DNA of 64,000 nt from Helicobacteraceae bacterium (GTDB lineage Bacteria > Campylobacterota > Campylobacteria > Campylobacterales > Sulfurimonadaceae): positions 11,732 through 75,731 of the forward strand of contig JALVUF010000056.1 in assembly GCA_027023805.1 (NCBI GenBank), written 5' to 3'. Within the stretch, counting starts at the first letter, position 1. Every line of letters begins with the position of its first letter. Shown here one piece after another: positions 39,002-53,295 of this stretch. The notes below the pieces were generated by a model. The model saw nothing but the letters and a program-made list of their open reading frames with translations, was not told the origin of the DNA and searched no databases. Both the position numbers and the translations under genes were made by a program.

Positions 39002-39376
39002 ATGGAATTTATTAACTTAAAGGGTTTGTATCCGGTATATGTAAAAAAGATAGATGGCGGTAATTATAGTGTTGATTCCATCATAGATATTTTAAAAAAT
39101 AATATTAAAGAGCATCCGTTTGCGGAATTTATAACTGTTTTTGACCATTATGCTCTTACATCAAGGATTGATGGTCATGTGTTAAGCGAAGATATTTTAG
39201 GTGCAAAAGATTTGATATTTTGTTTTGGTAAAGAACTCCCCGTGCCTGAGATGCTCTCTATCAGACCACGAAGCATAGGCATAGCTAAAACAAGAGATGG
39301 TTTTACGATTAGTTTTATGCAGGCTCCAAATGAAAAAGCCACACAATCTATGATGAACTGGGTTAAAGCATTATAA
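39002..39376 (+). CDS. Hypothetical protein (124 aa)
   Basis: ORF with 'AAGGTAG' 7 nt upstream. No motif recognised. Confidence 0.45.
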   Translation: MEFINLKGLYPVYVKKIDGGNYSVDSIIDILKNNIKEHPFAEFITVFDHYALTSRIDGHVLSEDILGAKDLIFCFGKELPVPEMLSIRPRSIGIAKTRDGFTISFMQAPNEKATQSMMNWVKAL

Positions 39377-39452
39377 ATGTTTGATTGCTAACGATTTAGA
39401 TTTTAAAGATGATATATAATATGTCTATACAAAAAATAATAGGATGTGTTAT

Positions 39453-39743
39453 ATGTCAAATCTTTCTCCAAAACAGATACAAGAAATTGTTGTCGAGATG
39501 AGCGATATTGCCAATAAAATTGTGCAGATCAACATCATAGATGACAGTGACTGTCAGAGTTTTTACTATTTATCTGGAAAATCAAAAATATATAAAGAGA
39601 TTGTAGATTCCTATCGTCAAACATCATCCCATAAAATAAGTGGACTCAGCAGTGTGATAGAAAATTTATATAATGTCTTAATGTTTCTTTGTGCAAAAAA
39701 GTTAGCTGAAGTTAGAGAATATCTTCAGCGAACACGAATCTAG
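39453..39743 (+). CDS. Hypothetical protein (96 aa)
   Basis: I prefer the ATG at 39453 (AGGA 8 nt upstream) over the ATG at 39444. No motif recognised. Confidence 0.4.
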   Translation: MSNLSPKQIQEIVVEMSDIANKIVQINIIDDSDCQSFYYLSGKSKIYKEIVDSYRQTSSHKISGLSSVIENLYNVLMFLCAKKLAEVREYLQRTRI

Positions 39744-39757
39744 TTGTATGTAGATGC

Positions 39758-40075
39758 TTATTGGTCTATATTCTCAAAAATCTCTACCGATGGAGAACCT
39801 GCGAACCAGTCACGAGAGGGCATATTTTTATGTGACTCTGCAAACGCCTCACTTTTTGTATAGGCTATAAAACTTGGCATATCTTTCCATGTAGTGACTA
39901 TGATAAAACTATTGTTTTCAGCTGCATGAGGCATATTTTGTGGAGCCAAAAGCTGCATCTGTAAAAAACCTTCCTGCTCTTCTATCTTATGTAGCTTAAC
40001 AGCTTCTTTTAAATGTTTTGAATACTGCTCAAAAAACTCTGTCTTAATCGGAAATTTTGTAAATACTGTAACCAT
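39758..40075 (-). CDS. Antibiotic-biosynthesis-monooxygenase (ABM) domain protein
   Basis: 105 aa with a ferredoxin-like pattern: 'VTVFTKFPIK...', 'FIIVTTWKDMPSFIAYTKSEAF..H'. Confidence 0.6.
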   Translation of the reverse strand: MVTVFTKFPIKTEFFEQYSKHLKEAVKLHKIEEQEGFLQMQLLAPQNMPHAAENNSFIIVTTWKDMPSFIAYTKSEAFAESHKNMPSRDWFAGSPSVEIFENIDQ

Positions 40076-40100
40076 TGATATAATCCTTATCTTTTCAAAT

Positions 40101-40119
40101 TATCAATTAATTATTGATA
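40101..40119. promoter_or_regulatory. 19-bp palindrome TATCAAT-TAATT-ATTGATA upstream of the ABM gene
   Basis: Read directly from the sequence, 26-44 nt upstream of the minus-strand ATG at 40075. Confidence 0.3.
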
Positions 40120-40242
40120 GGAAAAGTTTATCAAAAATTTGTAAATACAATATGAATAATTAAATGTAATTGCAGAATTTCAAGCTACTAGTTAACGGTT
40201 ATTATGTTAGAATTCTACATTAAAAATAAAGGTCGAGTTTAT

Positions 40243-41385
40243 ATGCATTTTCAACCTTATCCTTTTGAAAGATTGCACCAACTATTAAAAGATATAAAAC
40301 CAAATAAAAATTTTAAACCAATAACATTAACCATAGGTGAGCCGCAATTTCAAACTCCTGAGTTTATACGCCAAAAGTTGTGTCAAAGCAGCAATTTGCT
40401 AAATAAATATCCAAAAACTGCAGGCGAGGAAAATTTGCGTAAAGCTATTTGTCAATTTGTTTACAGACGTTTTAATGTCAACTTGGATAATGCTCAGGTG
40501 ATACCGACATTTGGAACTAGAGAAGTTTTGTTTAATTTTCCGCAATTTTTACTCTTTGACAAGCAAAATCCGGTTATGGCATACACAAATCCGTTTTATC
40601 AGATATATGAAGGAGCGGCGATTGCTTCACGCGCTGAAGTAATTTATATAAATCTGCTAGAAGAAAATAATTTTAAACCGATCATTGATGAAGATGAGCT
40701 TAGCAGATGCGATTTTGTTATAATCAATTTTCCAAACAATCCGACAGCTTCTACGCTTACTCTTGATGAGCTGGGAGAATGGGTAAAACTGGCGTTAAAG
40801 CATGATTTTGTTTTATTAAATGATGAATGTTACAGCGAGATATACACGCAGTCTCCGCCTCCATCATTGCTTGAGGCATCATTACATGTCAATAATTTAG
40901 AATTTAAAAATATCATAGTAGTAAATTCGCTATCAAAACGCTCATCTGCGCCGGGTCTTAGAAGCGGTTTTATAGCGGGTGATAAAATTATTTTAAGCAG
41001 ATATTTAAGCTACCGAACATACGTTGGCGCAGCTTCCCCGCTTCCTTTGCAAGAAGCAGCCGCCGCGGCATGGATGGATGAGGAGCATGTGAAGCACTCA
41101 CGTACAATATATAAAAAGAATTTTCAAATCGCCTCTAGGGTGCTAGATATCAAAATACCGCCGGCGACATTTTATATTTGGCTTAAAGTTAAAGATTCTA
41201 TCGCCTTTACATGTAAAGCTTATGAGCAGTATAATATAAAAGTATTGCCCGGCATATATTTAGCCAGAGAAGACAAAAACGGTATAAATCCTGCTGATGG
41301 TTATGTTCGTATCGCTCTTGTTGAAGATGAACAAAAAAGCAAAGAAGCTTTGATGCGTATAAAGGAGTGTTTATGTCAAGTTTAA
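40243..41385 (+). CDS. dapC: Class I PLP aminotransferase, succinyldiaminopimelate transaminase (DapC)-like
   Basis: 'YPFERLHQLL', 'LTIGEPQFQTPEFI', 'NFPNNPTA' and the PLP lysine motif 'SLSKRSSAPGLRSGF'. I chose the ATG at 40243. Confidence 0.65.
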   Translation: MHFQPYPFERLHQLLKDIKPNKNFKPITLTIGEPQFQTPEFIRQKLCQSSNLLNKYPKTAGEENLRKAICQFVYRRFNVNLDNAQVIPTFGTREVLFNFPQFLLFDKQNPVMAYTNPFYQIYEGAAIASRAEVIYINLLEENNFKPIIDEDELSRCDFVIINFPNNPTASTLTLDELGEWVKLALKHDFVLLNDECYSEIYTQSPPPSLLEASLHVNNLEFKNIIVVNSLSKRSSAPGLRSGFIAGDKIILSRYLSYRTYVGAASPLPLQEAAAAAWMDEEHVKHSRTIYKKNFQIASRVLDIKIPPATFYIWLKVKDSIAFTCKAYEQYNIKVLPGIYLAREDKNGINPADGYVRIALVEDEQKSKEALMRIKECLCQV

Positions 41386-41861
41386 AAGAAGATGTACTAA
41401 AAGCTCAGCAAAATGGAGATATCGCAAAACTATATACACTTCAGCAACGAGCACAAAATGAGTTAAATGAAGATGAGTTAGGACGTTTTTATGCAAATAT
41501 TTTAGATTTGGCATTAGAGAGACTTACAGAGACTTTAGAAGCTGCTAGAGTTATGAATATGGATGATGTGCAGGATTTTGCTACACTTCAAGCACTTTAT
41601 GAGTATGCCCTGGAGCATTACAGTGCCTCAAAATATACAGATGCATCGGCACTCTTTGAGATACTTGGAGGATTAAGCGGTGATGAAGATTTTTCAGCGT
41701 CTATGAAAACGCATCAGGTATTAGTTGACGGTAATATAGATTTTGAAATTTTTTTAAATGAAATGGCAGATTTGGATGAAGTTGAAAAAAATAGAAGTTT
41801 TTATATAAATGTTTTTACAAAAAAGGCACAAGATTTGCTTGATGATATGAAGGCGGATTAG
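41373..41861 (+). CDS. Hypothetical acidic helical protein (162 aa)
   Basis: The ATG at 41373 has AAGGAG 6 nt upstream. It overlaps the dapC-like stop. TPR-like helical composition only. Confidence 0.5.
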   Translation: MSSLKEDVLKAQQNGDIAKLYTLQQRAQNELNEDELGRFYANILDLALERLTETLEAARVMNMDDVQDFATLQALYEYALEHYSASKYTDASALFEILGGLSGDEDFSASMKTHQVLVDGNIDFEIFLNEMADLDEVEKNRSFYINVFTKKAQDLLDDMKAD

Positions 41862-41864
41862 TAT

Positions 41865-43161
41865 ATGAAAATTCATTTTATCGGAATAGGCGGAATCGGA
41901 ATCTCTGCTCTAGCGCAATATATGCGGTTTAAAAATCATCAAATCAGCGGGTCAGATATATCTGAAACCATGATTACGCAAGAGCTACGAAAACTTGATA
42001 TTAAAATAAATATCGGTCACAGCGCAGATGCAATTAGTGATCATGATTTAGTGATTCATTCTGCCATAATAAGACCGGATAATCCGGAAATATTGGCTGC
42101 TAAAGAAAAAGGTATCAAAGTGCTCTCAAGAAGGGAGGCTTTGCCATTTATTTTAGCAGATAAAAAAGTTTATTCTATAGCCGGTGCGCATGGAAAGAGT
42201 ACAACGACGGCTATATTGACAGCTATCATGAAAGGAAGTGCCATTATAGGTGCTAAAGCTAAGAGTTTTGCATCAAATGTCAGATATGAGCAAGACAGCG
42301 ATACTGTTATTTTTGAAGCTGATGAGAGTGATGGAAGCTTTATAAACTCCAATCCCTATTGTGCGATAGTGACAAACGCAGAGCCTGAACATATGGAATA
42401 TTATGATTATAATTATGAGCTGTTTTATGAATCATACAGGCAGTTTTTAAAAAATGCAAAATACAAAGTAGTTAATGCAGAAGATCCATTTTTAGCGACT
42501 GTCTGCTCAGATGAAGTTGTTTGTTTGTATCCAAGCCGTGATATTCAAAACATTGAATATGTTTTAATAAATGATGAGCCGCATACAAGGTTTAAGTTAA
42601 AAGAGCTTGGAGTATTTGATGTGTGGGGCTTTGGAAAACATATTGCTATAGATGCTTCTTTGGCCATTTTAGCTGCATCTAAAGAGATGGATATAGAACA
42701 AATCCGTAAAAATATTTTATTATACAAAGGCATAAGTAAGCGTTTTGATGTTGTTAACTCTTATCACGGCGGAGTTGTAATAGATGATTACGGACATCAT
42801 CCTACAGAGATACAAGCAACCTTGCAGTCTGTTAAGGAGTACGCACGACTCAAAGGCTTAAAAGAGATAACTATTATATGGCAGCCTCATAAATATTCAA
42901 GAACTATAGATAATCTTGATGCTTTTATAAGCTGTTTTGAAGGAACGCAGAGATTAGTTATTTTACCTGTTTATGCGGCCGGTGAGATTTCCCGCAATAT
43001 AGATTTTAAAGAGAAATTTAAAAAATATAATCCAACAATCGTTGATACTCTGGTAAAAGATGAAAACCATATAAATCTTATAAAAGATAACGAGGTCGTG
43101 CAGACTATCGGTAAAGGTTTGATCATAGGCTTTGGTGCAGGTGATATAACTTATAAGCTGC

Positions 43162-43175
<14 letters not shown>
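41865..43175 (+). CDS. murC: UDP-N-acetylmuramate--L-alanine ligase
   Basis: 'HFIGIGGIGISALA', 'GAHGKSTTTA' and 'DDYGHHPTEI'. Confidence 0.95.
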
Positions 43176-47906
<4,731 letters not shown>

Positions 47907-47910
<4 letters not shown>

Positions 47911-48623
47911 TACGACTAGATACTTTTATCGTTCAAAACGGTTTAGCCGGTAGCAAGACAAAAGCTCAGGAGCTTATAAAAAATGCTTTAGTTTTAGTAG
48001 ATGGAACAGTTGCTTTAAAATGTTCGCTAAAAGTTGACGGCAAATCAGCAGATATAAAAGTAAAAGAGAATAAAAATTATGTCAGTCGCGCAGCTTGGAA
48101 GCTTGCTAATTTTTTAGATGAGATTTCATTATCGGTTAAAGATAAAAATGCTCTTGATATCGGTTCGTCAACCGGAGGCTTTACTCAGGTCTTGCTTGAT
48201 GGCGGTGCTTTGCATGTAAGCTGTGTAGATGTTGGAAATAAGCAACTGCATCCACTTTTGCAAAATGATATCAGAGTAAGTGCATATGAAAATACAGATA
48301 TAAGAAAATTTGATATTAATGAAACATTTGATTTGGTAACAAGCGATGTTTCATTTATCTCGCTTTTAAAGATACTAGGTGATATTGACCGTCTGGCAAA
48401 TGATGATATTATATTGTTATTTAAACCGCAGTTTGAAGTAGGGCGGCTTGCAAAAAGAGATAAAAAAGGTGTTGTAAAAGATGAAAAAGCCATACAAAAA
48501 GCTATGATAGTTTTTGAAGATGCATGTAGTCTGAAAAATTGGACGCTTATAAATAAAGCTACATCAAAACTAGCGGGCAAGGAGGGCAATGTTGAATACT
48601 GCTACTACTATAAAAAAATGTGA
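47907..48623 (+). CDS. tlyA: TlyA-family rRNA 2'-O-methyltransferase
   Basis: S4-like N-terminus 'IRLDTFIVQNGLAGSKTKAQELI', SAM motif 'ALDIGSSTGGFTQ' and 'DVSFISL'. TTG start. Confidence 0.85.
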
Positions 48624-49431
48624 CACAATAGCAATAGGCGGCTTTGACGGCATACATGTAGGGCATAAGGAACTCTTTAAAAGGCTTGGTCGTAACGGAT
48701 GCGTTGTTGTTATAGACTCAGGCTTTTCAAATTTGACTCCAGGCAAAGACAGAGAACTTTTCGTACATCACCCGATTGTTTTTTTTAAACTTAATGATAT
48801 CAGAGACCTTGATGCAAAGGGCTTTATAGACCTGCTTCATAAGAAATTTGAACATTTAAAAACTATAGTCGTAGGATATGATTTTCATTTTGGTAAAGAC
48901 AGAAAATATGATGTCAATGATTTAAAACATCTGTTTTATAAAAATGTTATTGTCGTTGATGAGGTTAAAGTAGCGGGAGAGTCAGTACATTCAAATACCG
49001 TTCGTAAAAAATTAGCAGCCGCAGATATTAAGAGCGTTACAGCTTTTTTAGGTAGAAATTATGAAATTAAAGGCAAGGTTATAAAAGGACAAGGTATCGG
49101 TAAAGAGCAGCTTGTAGCTACTATTAATCTTGATATTAAAGACTACTGTATGCCAAAAGAGGGAGTTTATGTTACGCTTACACGTATAAACCATGAGGAG
49201 CATTTTCATCCATCTGTATCTTTTATAGGTCACAGAGCAAGCACTGACGGTTCATTTGCGGTTGAGACGCATATCCTTGATTGTGATATTAAACATAGCG
49301 ATAAAGCTACGATTAGTTTTGTGGATTTTTTGCGTGAAAATAGAAAATTTAATTCATTAAATGAGCTAAAAAAACAGATACAAAAGGATATACAGATGAC
49401 AAAAAAAGAGTTAAGGTTGTTGGAGCTATGA
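48589..49431 (+). CDS. ribF: Bifunctional riboflavin kinase / FMN adenylyltransferase
   Basis: 'IAIGGFDGIHVGH' and the C-terminal kinase motif 'GIGKEQLVATINL...GVY'. Confidence 0.9.
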   Translation: MLNTATTIKKCDTIAIGGFDGIHVGHKELFKRLGRNGCVVVIDSGFSNLTPGKDRELFVHHPIVFFKLNDIRDLDAKGFIDLLHKKFEHLKTIVVGYDFHFGKDRKYDVNDLKHLFYKNVIVVDEVKVAGESVHSNTVRKKLAAADIKSVTAFLGRNYEIKGKVIKGQGIGKEQLVATINLDIKDYCMPKEGVYVTLTRINHEEHFHPSVSFIGHRASTDGSFAVETHILDCDIKHSDKATISFVDFLRENRKFNSLNELKKQIQKDIQMTKKELRLLEL

Positions 49432-50417
49432 ATAGAGTATTTTTGCTAAAACATGAGAGTATAAACTTTATCTTCTCACAAAATAGAAATGATTTTATAG
49501 TGGATGAACTCTTTGATAGAAAGTTTGCAAAAAAAGGTACATTTTTAATCTTACATGTAGAAAAGACAAATCTTACAACCTGGGAGCTGATAGATATTAT
49601 AGCCTCATATCTTAGCATCCCTACATCTCAAATCGGGTACGCAGGCTTAAAAGACAAATACGCAACAACAACGCAGTATCTATCTTTGCCGCAATCATAT
49701 GAAAGACAGCTACAAAGATTTTATCATAAGCAAGTAAAAATCCTTGAGACGTTTAAAAGCAAAAGTAAAATTAGTATCGGAGATTTATCTGCCAATAAAT
49801 TTACCGTGACACTAAGAGATGTAGATGGCATAAAGGCTGGTAAAATTGATAAAATAGCAGGTAAGTTGCAAAAATCTGGTTTTCCCAATTATTTTGGATA
49901 TCAAAGATTTTCAGATGACAGCATTAAACAGGCTAGGCAAATGATAGATGGCGATATTTTTATAAAAGACAAAAAAGTAAGTAAATTTCTTATAAGCGTA
50001 TATCAAAGTTACAAATTTAACCAATGGCTGAGTCAAAGGGTTCAGATGAGTATAGATGAGGGTTTGGATCACTTTAAACTTCTTAGTGGTGATGTAATGA
50101 CTGATAGGCGCGGTAAAGTATTTACTCCAAAGTCTCCGCTATTAAAGGAATTTTTAACCAAAAGTGTTACACCTACCGGACTATTGGCAGGCAGACATGT
50201 GTTTAGAGCCAGAGGTGATGCAAGAGAGATTGAAGAGCTGTATGATGATGAGTTTTTAGACGCAAAAGGCTTGAGAAGAGATGCATGGATATATCCAAGA
50301 GAACTTAGCTGTAAATATATACCGGCTACATTTTCAATGCAACTTGATTTTATATTGCCAAAAGCTTCTTATGCAACTGTTTTTATCGAAAATATTGCAA
50401 ATAAACAGCCCATATAA
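49428..50417 (+). CDS. truD: tRNA pseudouridine(13) synthase
   Basis: Catalytic 'YAGLKDKYATTTQ' and 'FPNYFGYQRF'. Confidence 0.9.
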   Translation: MNRVFLLKHESINFIFSQNRNDFIVDELFDRKFAKKGTFLILHVEKTNLTTWELIDIIASYLSIPTSQIGYAGLKDKYATTTQYLSLPQSYERQLQRFYHKQVKILETFKSKSKISIGDLSANKFTVTLRDVDGIKAGKIDKIAGKLQKSGFPNYFGYQRFSDDSIKQARQMIDGDIFIKDKKVSKFLISVYQSYKFNQWLSQRVQMSIDEGLDHFKLLSGDVMTDRRGKVFTPKSPLLKEFLTKSVTPTGLLAGRHVFRARGDAREIEELYDDEFLDAKGLRRDAWIYPRELSCKYIPATFSMQLDFILPKASYATVFIENIANKQPI

Positions 50418-50457
50418 GTTATTTTATGATAAGATAAATAAGTTTTTTCAAAGGGTT

Positions 50458-51303
50458 ATGGTGAGAAATATCTTTTTAGCTGCAAAAGCACACGCAATAA
50501 AAAACCATCATACTATTATAACAAAACCAGATATTCAAAATGCCTTAAACAATACCACGATTGAAGATGAATTGATATCTTCTTTTATATATGACACTTT
50601 TGATTTAGAATTAGGTCTTCCAAAAGCACAATATACACAAAAAGATATTGATAATGCAGCTCAGAGCAATCCGCTAAAACTTGAAAATTCTTTAAAAAAA
50701 ATCTTTAATAATCTTAAAAATACAACCAGATACGATATTATGAATATTTCAACTCTAAACACTATCGATAATTTACCAACTAGATATATATTGTATGCGC
50801 AAAAGAGCTGTTTTTTAATAAAAAGTGCCAATGAGATGATATCTGATGTGCTAGATTGCAATTATAAATATAATGTGCATGAAGCTATGAGTGAATTAGG
50901 ACTTGATGAGGATACTGTTTATGAACTGCTAGATGACTATGTGAAACAGATTTTAACAACCAATAAAGAGTTCATTGATATTATCTCATATATGTGGGAA
51001 AAGCAGTTTTTAGGCGAAGAGTTTAGTTTCCAGCCTTGCTTAAATATGGTACATAAAAATTTAGGTGTAGCTAAAAATCTTCGTATTGCAGATGCGGTCT
51101 TGATACTTAGCGAGATAAAAAAGCAAAAAGATGTAGAGTCTATTTCGCTTTATCTGGATGCTCTTGTCAGTTGCGCTATAAAATTACGTCCAAAACAGGC
51201 AGTTGAATGCGCAATTGATTTGGATATTGAGCTGCATGGATTCAAAAAAATAAAATCTAAAAAAAATAATTTTATACATATGATTAAAAGAAAACTAACT
51301 TAG
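50458..51303 (+). CDS. Uncharacterised protein with a C-terminal HPt-like (histidine phosphotransfer) segment
   Basis: I chose the ATG at 50458 (AAGGG upstream), not the track ORF that overlaps truD. 'ELLDDYVKQI...VHKNLGVAKNLRIADAVLILSEIKK' follows the HPt pattern aH-x-x-K/L-G-x-A-x-N-L. Confidence 0.45.
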   Translation: MVRNIFLAAKAHAIKNHHTIITKPDIQNALNNTTIEDELISSFIYDTFDLELGLPKAQYTQKDIDNAAQSNPLKLENSLKKIFNNLKNTTRYDIMNISTLNTIDNLPTRYILYAQKSCFLIKSANEMISDVLDCNYKYNVHEAMSELGLDEDTVYELLDDYVKQILTTNKEFIDIISYMWEKQFLGEEFSFQPCLNMVHKNLGVAKNLRIADAVLILSEIKKQKDVESISLYLDALVSCAIKLRPKQAVECAIDLDIELHGFKKIKSKKNNFIHMIKRKLT

Positions 51304-51471
51304 CCTTTTTTTTAATATTTGTGAAACTTGCTTGAGCTCGTTTGCCGGATAATTTGGTGTAAATGAGTGCTGTTTATGTATCGGCATGGCAAATGCCAAT
51401 AAAAGTACGATAAAAGAAAAAACAACGGCACTTAATATGCTTAAAAGAATTTTTATTTTAAAATCAATCAT
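51295..51471 (-). CDS. Possible 58-aa single-pass membrane peptide
   Basis: My own translation: 'MIDFKIKILLSILSAVVFSFIVLLLAFAMPIHKQ...'. Below the track cutoff and with no clear RBS. Confidence 0.2.
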   Translation of the reverse strand: MIDFKIKILLSILSAVVFSFIVLLLAFAMPIHKQHSFTPNYPANELKQVSQILKKRLS

Positions 51472-51550
51472 AGATTATTGTATCTGATTTTTTATTATAA
51501 AATCCTTTTAAAGTATTTTGACCACCTAAACCTACAAAAGGAATATTGGT

Positions 51551-52795
51551 GTGAAAAAAGCCATATATACAAATATTGTCGTATCGTTTCTAAGTGTAAT
51601 ACTAAATCTTGCTTTTAAGGTGTATGTTGCACATATTATAAGCAAAAATGAACTTGCTCTATATTTTACCTCTATTGATATTTTTACTATGACTCTTTTG
51701 GTCCTTGTTGGTTTTCGCTCTTCAATGGTTGTTACGTTTGCTCAGACAAAAGATGATGAAAAGATTATAAATACCTTTAGAATAGTGCTAATCATTGCAC
51801 TTTTGCTTGTTTGGACTTTAGTTATACCATATCTAATGCATGTTTTAAAAGTACATGTAGGATATTGGTATCTTGTATTTACGGCAATTGCATTATCTTC
51901 GAGTGTATATTTTTCAAATATTATAGCTATGTACAGGCTCTATAGTATCATCAATAAAACAACCTTTTTAGAGCCGGCTTTTATGATTATCTGGTTTATA
52001 GTTTTTATGTATTTGTTTAATGTCAGAGGGTTAAAACCGCTTTTTTTATCGACCATCTTTACAGCTTTTAGCATCTCTTTGTTTATCTATTTTAAAAAGC
52101 GAACAACCATTGAGACGGTAAAACTTAAAAAACCAAAATGGGACAATATAACATCAAAATTTCTTAAAAATTCATTGATTTCCACGATAGAATTTGGTTC
52201 AGGCATAGTTATGATGTACACTGCAGTGCTTTTGATGATAAAGTATTATCCATTAGGCGATTTGGGTGATTTTCAGGTTGTAAGCAAGCCGGTACTAACA
52301 TATATGATTATGATGTTTGTATTTCCAATCTTTAGATTTGTACTTCCTGAGCTTTCCAAACTTTACAAAGAGAAACAATATGATAAAATCAAAAGTATTA
52401 AAAAATGGGTATATGGGTACAGTTTTATTGTAAGCTTTGCTTTTGTTATATTTTCGCTGCTTTTTAGCGATATTTTTGTAAAATGGTTATTTCCTGCTTT
52501 ATACAGTGAGGCATCTCTTATGATTAAACATCTCTCTTTCTTTTTTGTTTTTATCATGTTAAATGCTTATCAGATATCTATGATTAAAGCCAGCGGGGAT
52601 TTTTTAAGCGCGCTTTTGATCCGAGCATGGGGCATTGTATCATTGGTAGTTATATTTTATTTGATATATAATTTGTATTCAAAAAATATTATCTCTGTAG
52701 TCGTATCACTTGCCGGAAGCTACCTGTCAATGTTTTTAGTCTCTTATTTCAAAGAAAGAACAATTTTAAATAAAATCAATAATACTAATCTTTAG
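51551..52795 (+). CDS. MOP-superfamily polysaccharide/oligosaccharide flippase (Wzx/MurJ-like)
   Basis: 414 aa, about 12 TM helices, with the N-terminal pattern typical of Wzx-like flippases. GTG start. Confidence 0.6.
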   Translation: MKKAIYTNIVVSFLSVILNLAFKVYVAHIISKNELALYFTSIDIFTMTLLVLVGFRSSMVVTFAQTKDDEKIINTFRIVLIIALLLVWTLVIPYLMHVLKVHVGYWYLVFTAIALSSSVYFSNIIAMYRLYSIINKTTFLEPAFMIIWFIVFMYLFNVRGLKPLFLSTIFTAFSISLFIYFKKRTTIETVKLKKPKWDNITSKFLKNSLISTIEFGSGIVMMYTAVLLMIKYYPLGDLGDFQVVSKPVLTYMIMMFVFPIFRFVLPELSKLYKEKQYDKIKSIKKWVYGYSFIVSFAFVIFSLLFSDIFVKWLFPALYSEASLMIKHLSFFFVFIMLNAYQISMIKASGDFLSALLIRAWGIVSLVVIFYLIYNLYSKNIISVVVSLAGSYLSMFLVSYFKERTILNKINNTNL

Positions 52796-53090
52796 ATTTG
52801 TTTGTGATATATACCCAAAAATCTTTATAGCTTCTACCCTTGTTTAAAAAATATATCTGAAGTATCGCAACGCGGTAAAGAGTTATAAGCATCTTAAGAA
52901 ATGGAATGAATATAGCAAGTGCAATAAACATAGACTGCTGTTTATCTCCTTTGCTCATCAGCATCTCTTCAACCCCGATATTTTTACTCAAATACAATCC
53001 AAACAGTAATGAAAAAACAAAGTTTAACAATATGCCAAAAATTATATACGCCGTTAAATCCTGTCCACTCATACTTATAATCATTTTCAA
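52785..53090 (-). CDS. Hypothetical membrane protein (101 aa, 2-3 TM)
   Basis: Hydrophobic ORF convergent with the flippase and overlapping its 3' end by 11 nt. Confidence 0.35.
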   Translation of the reverse strand: MKMIISMSGQDLTAYIIFGILLNFVFSLLFGLYLSKNIGVEEMLMSKGDKQQSMFIALAIFIPFLKMLITLYRVAILQIYFLNKGRSYKDFWVYITNKSKD

Positions 53091-53206
53091 CCGTCCTTAA
53101 GCGCTATTTATCTGTTTCTTATTATAACGTGTAAACGATAAATATATGAAAACTTTAAAGTTATTTATTATACTATTGAACCATAAATATTAAAAAAAGA
53201 GATATC

Positions 53207-53293
53207 ATGCATAGCATTAAAGCTGACAAAACAATAGATAAGCGTGTAGTAGCTGCAATTATTGCTGCAATCTTGCAGCATACTAAAGGATAG
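53207..53293 (+). CDS. 28-codon mini-ORF with an OadG-tail-like motif
   Basis: 'MHSIKADKTIDKRVVAAIIAAILQHTKG'. AAAGAG upstream. Its stop lies 2 nt before the pycB/oadA ATG, and its last codons supply the AAGGA RBS for that gene. Confidence 0.3.
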   Translation: MHSIKADKTIDKRVVAAIIAAILQHTKG

Positions 53294-53295
53294 TT

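Noticed and set aside
50281-50457. Upstream extension of the HPt-like ORF overlapping truD by 137 nt
   Set aside because: The extension has no RBS and overlaps the truD coding sequence. The ATG at 50458 has an AAGGG site and follows the truD stop. Similar long-start artefacts were trimmed for mogA, coaD, argD, lpxD copy 2, dapC, the beta-barrel OMP and the gene starting at 41373.
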